Source: Candidatus Poribacteria bacterium (lineage in GTDB: Bacteria > Poribacteria > WGA-4E > WGA-3G). From it: a stretch of 64,000 nucleotides of DNA. The position numbers and the translations under genes were made by a program. The notes below the pieces were generated by a model. That model was given only the letters and a program-made list of their open reading frames with translations. It made no database searches and was not told where the DNA came from. Positions 58,085 through 64,000 of this stretch are shown here, piece after piece. The stretch spans positions 448,001-512,000 of the forward strand of contig OZ242029.1 in NCBI GenBank assembly GCA_965205015.1, written 5' to 3'. How positions within the stretch are numbered: the first letter of the stretch is position 1; each line of letters opens with the position of its first letter.

Positions 58085-59854
58085 ATGTCAACAGAGAATC
58101 CAAAGGCTGTTGGAAAGCGATTTTTAAAAGGTGTTTTCCGATACTGGCCCCAGATTGTTAAAACCACGTTGTGCATGACTGTAATGGTGGGTTTCTCGCT
58201 GCTGATACCTCTTTTTACAAAATTGGTAATAGACAGAGCGATCACACAACAGGACCAAAAATTGCTCTGGATCGTCTGCCTTGGCGGTGTTGGTTCCATC
58301 TGCGTGTATGTTTTACTTTCTCTTATACGTGACCGATTCTATATCTATACGACAAGGCGGATCCTGCTCGATTTCCGGAATCGGTTTTTCCAACACCTCC
58401 TGCGGCTTCCGATGCCGAGTCTCACCAAAAGGCAAACGGGGGAGTATGGTTCGATGGTCATTAACGATGTAGATGCGATTCTGACGAGTGCAACGTATAA
58501 TGTCCTTCATTTCTTTACAGACACGCTGTCAGCGGCCGCCATTATCACGATAATGTTTTACTTCAATTGGAGGTTGGCACTGATCGCACTGATTGTTGTT
58601 CCGCTTAATGGACTCACTTACGTCTACTTTCGACCGCATTTTCATAAGGCGACCCTAAAGAGACAAGAAGCGACAGCGGCGACGTTCTCATACGTGCAGC
58701 AAACTTTATCAGCGATTCGACTGGTAAAGTCCTTTTCGGCAGAGAAACATCATAACCGCTCCTTCTTTCGAGAATCCAAATTGTTGCTTTTTGCCCAAGC
58801 AAAGGTCTCGGTTTTAGAATCGATTGCTGGTAACATTAGTCAGTTCGTGGTAAGAACGCAACCCATCGTGATTATCTGCTTTGGCGGTCTGGAAGTCTTA
58901 GAAAACCGATTGACGATCGGTGAGTTGGTTGCCTTCTCGGCATATCTTGAATACCTGTCTGCTCCCGTATATCGTATCCTCCACTTCCACCTTGGACTCG
59001 CCGCGACGAAAGCGGTCCTCCAGCGTCTTTTCCAAGTTCTTGATTTACCGGATGAACACAATGGAAACGAAGATCTGGAAAAGAAAAAACTTGACGACGT
59101 CGTCGGGCAGATTCAGTTTCAGTCTGTACGTTTTGCATATCAAGAGGTTGAAGTTCTTAAAGACATCAATTTGGAGGTCCGTCCAGGTAGCATTGTCGCG
59201 CTTGTTGGACCTTCGGGTTCCGGCAAAACCACACTGACGAATCTAATTCCTCGCCTGTATGAACCGAATGCCGGTCGTCTTCTGCTTGATGGACATGATT
59301 TGCAAACTTTAGACCTGAAATTCCTAAGACAGCAGATCGGCATTGTGCCACAAGAACCGGTTCTCTTTGATGTGAGTATCAAAGATAATATCCGATATGG
59401 GTGTCCCTCCGCAACAGACGAGGCCGTCTACGCCGCAGCGCAAGCTGCGAATATACACGAGTTCATTGTGTCTCTGCCGGACGGATACGAGACGCAGATC
59501 GGTGAACGCGGTTTCAAGTTGTCTGGTGGTCAAAAACAGCGCGTCGCGATTGCCATGGCAATCTTGAAAAATCCAAAAATTTTAATCTTGGATGAGGCAA
59601 CGAGCGCGCTGGATTCACAATCCGAGACACTCATCCAAGAGGCACTCCAAAATGTCATGAAACAGCGGACGACCTTTGTGATCGCTCACCGCCTCTCTAC
59701 AATCCAGAATGCAGACCAGATTGTGGTTATGGATCAGGGAGAGATCGTCGAAGTTGGAAGTCATTCTGAACTGTTAGCGTCCGGCAAACTCTATAGTCAA
59801 TTATATCGTGAGCAGTTCAAATCGCTCTTAGATTCACCAGAAAGGAACGTCTAA
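58085..59854 (+). CDS. ABC exporter, fused permease/ATPase (MsbA-like)
   Basis: GPSGSGKT, LSGGQKQR, LDEATSALD and IAHRL. Confidence 0.93.
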   Translation: MSTENPKAVGKRFLKGVFRYWPQIVKTTLCMTVMVGFSLLIPLFTKLVIDRAITQQDQKLLWIVCLGGVGSICVYVLLSLIRDRFYIYTTRRILLDFRNRFFQHLLRLPMPSLTKRQTGEYGSMVINDVDAILTSATYNVLHFFTDTLSAAAIITIMFYFNWRLALIALIVVPLNGLTYVYFRPHFHKATLKRQEATAATFSYVQQTLSAIRLVKSFSAEKHHNRSFFRESKLLLFAQAKVSVLESIAGNISQFVVRTQPIVIICFGGLEVLENRLTIGELVAFSAYLEYLSAPVYRILHFHLGLAATKAVLQRLFQVLDLPDEHNGNEDLEKKKLDDVVGQIQFQSVRFAYQEVEVLKDINLEVRPGSIVALVGPSGSGKTTLTNLIPRLYEPNAGRLLLDGHDLQTLDLKFLRQQIGIVPQEPVLFDVSIKDNIRYGCPSATDEAVYAAAQAANIHEFIVSLPDGYETQIGERGFKLSGGQKQRVAIAMAILKNPKILILDEATSALDSQSETLIQEALQNVMKQRTTFVIAHRLSTIQNADQIVVMDQGEIVEVGSHSELLASGKLYSQLYREQFKSLLDSPERNV

Positions 59855-60065
59855 GCGGAAACATTCTGATGTACCAATTATTGTTAAGAATTTTTACCAA
59901 CTTTGGGAGTTAAGATATACAGAAATCTCAGAAGACTATCTGGCAATGCGCAAGGAATTCGCTGAAATGTATGGGCAGGACGAGGTTTTTCTGAGTCGTT
60001 TTCCGCGCCCGGTGCCGGAGTCGCTTAGAATATCAGACACTCCGAATTAATTTAGGATAAAAGAA

Positions 60066-62054
60066 TTGATGATTTACTTCACGTCCTATTGGAAAATTTT
60101 ACTGAGTGCTATGGCTTTTTTCATAGCGACACACCTCGTTGCCGAGTCTCAGACGATAGAAGCGATTAAACTTCACACGCCTCCGACGATTGATGGTAAA
60201 CTTGATGATGCGTGTTGGCAACGCGTGACAGCGGTCGACGCATTTAAAGTTGCGGAGTTGGAGACCACAGTGCCAGACAAAACGGAAGTCTATCTCGGAT
60301 TCGATGACGAAGCCCTCTATGTCGGTTTTCGTTGTGTTCAAGAAGCAGCATCCATCATTGCGAACCAGACGCGAAGGGACGGGAGCTTTCAATATGAGGA
60401 CCATGTTGCCATATATCTCGATACACATCATGACCGCCGGCGTTCCTATTGCTTTGCTGTGAGTCCCCTTGGCATACAACGCGACGAAAAACAGGGTGAC
60501 TTGGGGTGGGATGGCGAATGGAGTGCCGCTGCAATCATAGAACCGTCCGTGTGGACGGTCGAGATGAAAATCCCTTACGACATACTTGATATGCCGCAGG
60601 CTGCGAAACAGACATGGGGACTTAACCTCGTGCGCCGTCATCAAAACCTCGATCGGACCAGTATCTGGGCGGACACGGGTGTTAACGTTTCTGACGCGAA
60701 TCAATTCGGGACGTTGACGAATCTTGAATTCAATCCCCAAGATACTGGAAAGAAGTTCCAGATCGGTGGGTACTTCTCCGGTAAAGCTGAGGATTTCTCA
60801 ACAACAGAAGATCTCTCAAGGCGATTAACAGCGACGGTCGGTGGGGATGTCTCCTATAAACTAACACCCAGTACCGCTTTCATTGGCACAGTGAACCCCG
60901 ACTTTAGCCATATTGAGTCGGAGGTTCAGGGAATCGTTTTGTCCGATCTGGAGCAACGCTTAACCGACCGACGTCCCTTCTTTCAGGAAGACGGACGAAT
61001 TTTCAGAGCACCTATTGCCCTTTTTTACAGTCGACGCATCGGTGAGATGGCATACGGGGCGAAACTCATCGGTAAAACTGGAAAAGCAACGTACGGATTG
61101 ATGAATGTCAAAGAGACAGCGGATGAGAGTCACAACGTTTTGCTACGCGGACTTTGGGACGCAGGCAATGCATCCTCACTGGGACTCTTTTTCGCCTCGA
61201 AAGAGATACCGGGGTCGTATAACAGGTCCGTCGCTCTTGATGGCTCCGTTCGTTTACCGAAGGCACTGAACTTTGTTACATCCTATGCAGGAAATTGGGA
61301 ACCGCATCAGGAAAACACACGTGCCTTCATCGCGGAAGTCAAGCGGAAAGGCAACCCCATTTTGAGTCTCGTCTATCGCGACTTCTCGGGAGGCTTCAAT
61401 CCTGTCAATGGCTACGTTCGGCTCACGGACATTCGGCAACCAAGTTTCTGGGGGGTGTATCGTTGGCCCGTCGAGAAAGGCTTTTTGCGAAGCGTTAACT
61501 TCGAGTCTGTCCAATCTGTGACGTGGAATCAAGACGGCGAAAAAACACGAGGCAACCACTTTCAACTGATCGGTTTCGATCTGGGAGAAAAGATAGAGAC
61601 GGGATTCTTTTACAGAAACTGGTCTTATGATGTTCACTCGAACTGGATAGTGGCAGCACAGACAACATATAACCGTCAGAGACCTGACCGCATTTTTGTC
61701 GTCTATCAACACGGCGAGTTTGAGGGTGCCACGGCAACATTTGTTACGACAGCGATGAACTTAATCCCGTTCCGCTTTTTGTCGGTAGGTATTGAAGGCG
61801 AAAATCTCTGGCAGACGTTTCCAGACGGACGCAAGACTCGCAATTTTTCTGTTCGTGCAAGCATGAATCTTGAGATAGGAACCGAAAGGTGGGTAACGGT
61901 TCGGCTGCGTTCAGCACGTGAACATAAACCGAATTTCAATGCGGTCTTTAAATATACTTTTATTGAAAATCTTGTGTTATACATTGTCTACGGGGACCAG
62001 CACGCCCCTGAGACAATCAACCAACTCTTTACAAAAATTGCCTTCAATTGGTAA
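60066..62054 (+). CDS. CBM9-like plus DUF5916-type secreted/outer-membrane protein
   Basis: PTIDGKLDDACW, WTVEMKIP, NPDFSHIES...RPFFQE and FYSRRIG; ends IAFNW. Start is uncertain (60066 or 60069). Confidence 0.82.
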   Translation: MMIYFTSYWKILLSAMAFFIATHLVAESQTIEAIKLHTPPTIDGKLDDACWQRVTAVDAFKVAELETTVPDKTEVYLGFDDEALYVGFRCVQEAASIIANQTRRDGSFQYEDHVAIYLDTHHDRRRSYCFAVSPLGIQRDEKQGDLGWDGEWSAAAIIEPSVWTVEMKIPYDILDMPQAAKQTWGLNLVRRHQNLDRTSIWADTGVNVSDANQFGTLTNLEFNPQDTGKKFQIGGYFSGKAEDFSTTEDLSRRLTATVGGDVSYKLTPSTAFIGTVNPDFSHIESEVQGIVLSDLEQRLTDRRPFFQEDGRIFRAPIALFYSRRIGEMAYGAKLIGKTGKATYGLMNVKETADESHNVLLRGLWDAGNASSLGLFFASKEIPGSYNRSVALDGSVRLPKALNFVTSYAGNWEPHQENTRAFIAEVKRKGNPILSLVYRDFSGGFNPVNGYVRLTDIRQPSFWGVYRWPVEKGFLRSVNFESVQSVTWNQDGEKTRGNHFQLIGFDLGEKIETGFFYRNWSYDVHSNWIVAAQTTYNRQRPDRIFVVYQHGEFEGATATFVTTAMNLIPFRFLSVGIEGENLWQTFPDGRKTRNFSVRASMNLEIGTERWVTVRLRSAREHKPNFNAVFKYTFIENLVLYIVYGDQHAPETINQLFTKIAFNW

Positions 62055-62100
62055 TTCACCTTATAATCAGATTGTATAAACCGTTCTAATTAAATCTATT

Positions 62101-62125
62101 GTCGAGTGCGGACACTCGAACCTAC
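62101..62125 (-). repeat. GTAG-type REP-like palindrome
   Basis: Minus strand GTAG-GTTCGAGTGTCCGCACTCGAC. Confidence 0.5.
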
Positions 62126-62142
62126 AGTTTAGGGGGTTTCTG

Positions 62143-64000
62143 GTGGAAAGAGAAAATGATGCGCAACTCATTCAAGATACGTTGGCCGGTAATGATGAAG
62201 CCTTTAATGCCTTGGTGCGAAAGTACCAAAAGAGCGTTCACGCCCTTGCCTGGCGAAAAATCGGTGATTTTCAGGACGCTGAGGAGGTAACCCAAGACAC
62301 TTTCCTTCGCGCATACAAAAACCTCTCAACGCTCAAGAATCCTCATCAATTCGCTGGATGGCTGTATGTCATTGCAAACCGGCTTTGTCTCAATTGGATT
62401 CAAAAACAGAAATCTGCCATACAATCCTTAGAGGACACGCCTATGAAAGAAATCGAGAATGCGTCGTATACACATTATGAATCCGAGCGACGTGAAACAG
62501 CAGCCGGCGAGTATCGCCTTGAACGCGCCAAAAAACTGCTCGCAAAACTGCCGGAGAGTGAACGCACTGTCGTCACCCTCTACTATCTTGGTGAGATGAC
62601 CACTCGGGAGATTAGCAGATTCTTGGGAGTGTCCGTAAACACCATCACCAGTCGCCTCCAGCGCGGACGAAAGCGTTTACAAGACAATCAAGAACATCTC
62701 ATCAAAGAAGTCCTCGGCGGCAGACAGATACCGGCGCGTTTAAGCGAGGGCATCAAGCGGCAAATCGCCGATATGAAACCCACACCTTCGCCCGCTGGAA
62801 AACCGCTGTTACCCTGGAGTGCTTTCGGCACGGCTGTGGTCGTAATTATATTGATGCTCGGGGTTAGCAGCCGATATCTTGTCCGCTTTCAGAGACCCTA
62901 CAACTTCGAGGCACAATCTGAACCGACCATTGAAATCATTGAGGCACCTATCGTTTTTGATGTCAAATCGAAACCCGATGTGCGAAAGCAGGTCGGACGC
63001 ACAACATCCTCAGACAAAAGCATGGGAGCCAGCCTGCAGCCTTTTGAGGACGTTTCAACATCTAATGTACAAGACGATTCCGCTAAATTTTCCAGAGCAC
63101 AGTGGATACAGGGAAATACACCACCAGGGGGGCATGTCCGCAACATCTTCGCTGGACCTGAAGGCACGCTGTATGCTGTTTCACCAACAGGGTTGTACAG
63201 ATTTACAGTCGGTGCGACCGCATGGACACGCATGAACGCAAATGTCCCGATTGATAAATCTTTCATGCCGATGGCAGCATCTAAAGGTACCCTTTATATC
63301 GTCTCTGTCGATGAAATATTTACCTCGGGTGACAGAGGTGAGACGTGGAATCCGATAGGTTCTCGACCCAAGGGATATGCTGTTGGGCTTATCATCAGGG
63401 ATTCACTACATACGCCGATTACGATGTATCTTGCACTCCAAGATAAAGGAGTTTTCCGTTCTACAGACGAGGGCATAAAATGGGATACCCTCAATGACGG
63501 ACTGAGAAACGAAAGGATTTCTGCCATAGCGGCCGTTGGAGAAATAGTGTTTGTTGGTACGAACCGCGGCCTCTACCGCCTCGATTCAGATATTTGGAAA
63601 AAGTTGCCGGTCGGTGCGTCACAAACCGTCTATTCCTTGGCAGTCTTTAATAATAATCTCTATGTTGCCACGGGACCTGATCTACCCCATCACGACTCAG
63701 ATATTTGGAAAAAGTTGCCGGTAGATGCGTCACAAACCGTCTATTCCTTGGCAGTCTTTAACAATAATCTTCATGCTGAAACAGGTCCCTATCGACTCGG
63801 ATTCACGCCAATAAAGGTAGGGAAACCAGAGGCCCCGAAAAGCGAGTCACATTCAGTTAGAATCTTCCACTCGGCTGACTTGGGAGCGTCATGGACCGAA
63901 ATAACGCATATAGATAAAACTGACTCGCAGGCGGAAGCATCCGGTATAACCATTTTAGCTGCCGGTAAAACGATCTTAGCCCTGGGAGCCACACAATCTC
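62143..64000 (+). CDS. ECF sigma factor fused to a TM helix and BNR/Asp-box beta-propeller (3'-truncated by the window end)
   Basis: Hand translation from GTG 62143: MERENDAQLI...DAEEVTQDTFLRAY...FAGWLYVIANR...GEMTTREISRFLGVSVNTITSRL, then hydrophobic AFGTAVVVIILMLGV, then SGDRGETW/STDEGIKW/SADLGASW. Missing from the ORF track because there is no stop in the window. Confidence 0.88.
   Translation, partial: MERENDAQLIQDTLAGNDEAFNALVRKYQKSVHALAWRKIGDFQDAEEVTQDTFLRAYKNLSTLKNPHQFAGWLYVIANRLCLNWIQKQKSAIQSLEDTPMKEIENASYTHYESERRETAAGEYRLERAKKLLAKLPESERTVVTLYYLGEMTTREISRFLGVSVNTITSRLQRGRKRLQDNQEHLIKEVLGGRQIPARLSEGIKRQIADMKPTPSPAGKPLLPWSAFGTAVVVIILMLGVSSRYLVRFQRPYNFEAQSEPTIEIIEAPIVFDVKSKPDVRKQVGRTTSSDKSMGASLQPFEDVSTSNVQDDSAKFSRAQWIQGNTPPGGHVRNIFAGPEGTLYAVSPTGLYRFTVGATAWTRMNANVPIDKSFMPMAASKGTLYIVSVDEIFTSGDRGETWNPIGSRPKGYAVGLIIRDSLHTPITMYLALQDKGVFRSTDEGIKWDTLNDGLRNERISAIAAVGEIVFVGTNRGLYRLDSDIWKKLPVGASQTVYSLAVFNNNLYVATGPDLPHHDSDIWKKLPVDASQTVYSLAVFNNNLHAETGPYRLGFTPIKVGKPEAPKSESHSVRIFHSADLGASWTEITHIDKTDSQAEASGITILAAGKTILALGATQS
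63583..63795 (+). repeat. 111-bp in-frame tandem duplication in the sigma-fused propeller
   Basis: DSDIWKKLPV(G/D)ASQTVYSLAVFNNNL at 63583 and 63694; nearly identical over the first ~77 nt. Confidence 0.9.

Noticed and set aside
59855-60050. RiPP precursor between the ABC exporter and the DUF5916 gene (MRKEFAEMYG...)
   Set aside because: No RBS, leader motif or modifying enzyme; the exporter has no peptidase domain. More likely a gene remnant.
63583-63795. DGR template/variable repeat pair
   Set aside because: Differences are not adenine-specific, both copies are coding and adjacent, and there is no reverse transcriptase in the window.
1-64000. Numerous 60-230 aa ORFs overlapping the called genes
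   Set aside because: Antisense or alternate-frame shadows without motifs or RBS support.

Overview
Gene-dense bacterial window with about 50 CDS and no rRNA, tRNA or CRISPR array detected. The repertoire suggests Candidatus Poribacteria (inference): a WD40-cohesin-dockerin-FlgD/T9SS-like secreted protein, LamG proteins ending in V(E/D)xxxKxxxTWxxxK, PhyH dioxygenases, TPR and CRTAC1-like proteins, an orphan BMC vertex gene, and an ECF sigma factor fused to a membrane helix and beta-propeller. The most notable content is two TnpA-less IS200/IS605 OMEGA elements. One is an IsrB element (12633-13898) with its omegaRNA. The other is a TnpB element (23048-25876) that splits a SAM methyltransferase and is itself interrupted, in its left-end hairpin, by an IS4-like element with 10-bp target duplications. 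The two OMEGA elements share covarying end hairpins and a TTAT target motif. The tnpB gene has a perfect sigma70 promoter and a pseudoknotted 5' leader RNA. Other points of interest are a candidate C-terminal sorting motif, concertedly evolving WD40 repeats, a candidate leader-peptide attenuator upstream of a DUF5916-type gene, dispersed GTAG-REP-like hairpins and several gene stubs. All family assignments are by eye from motifs; no database search was run.
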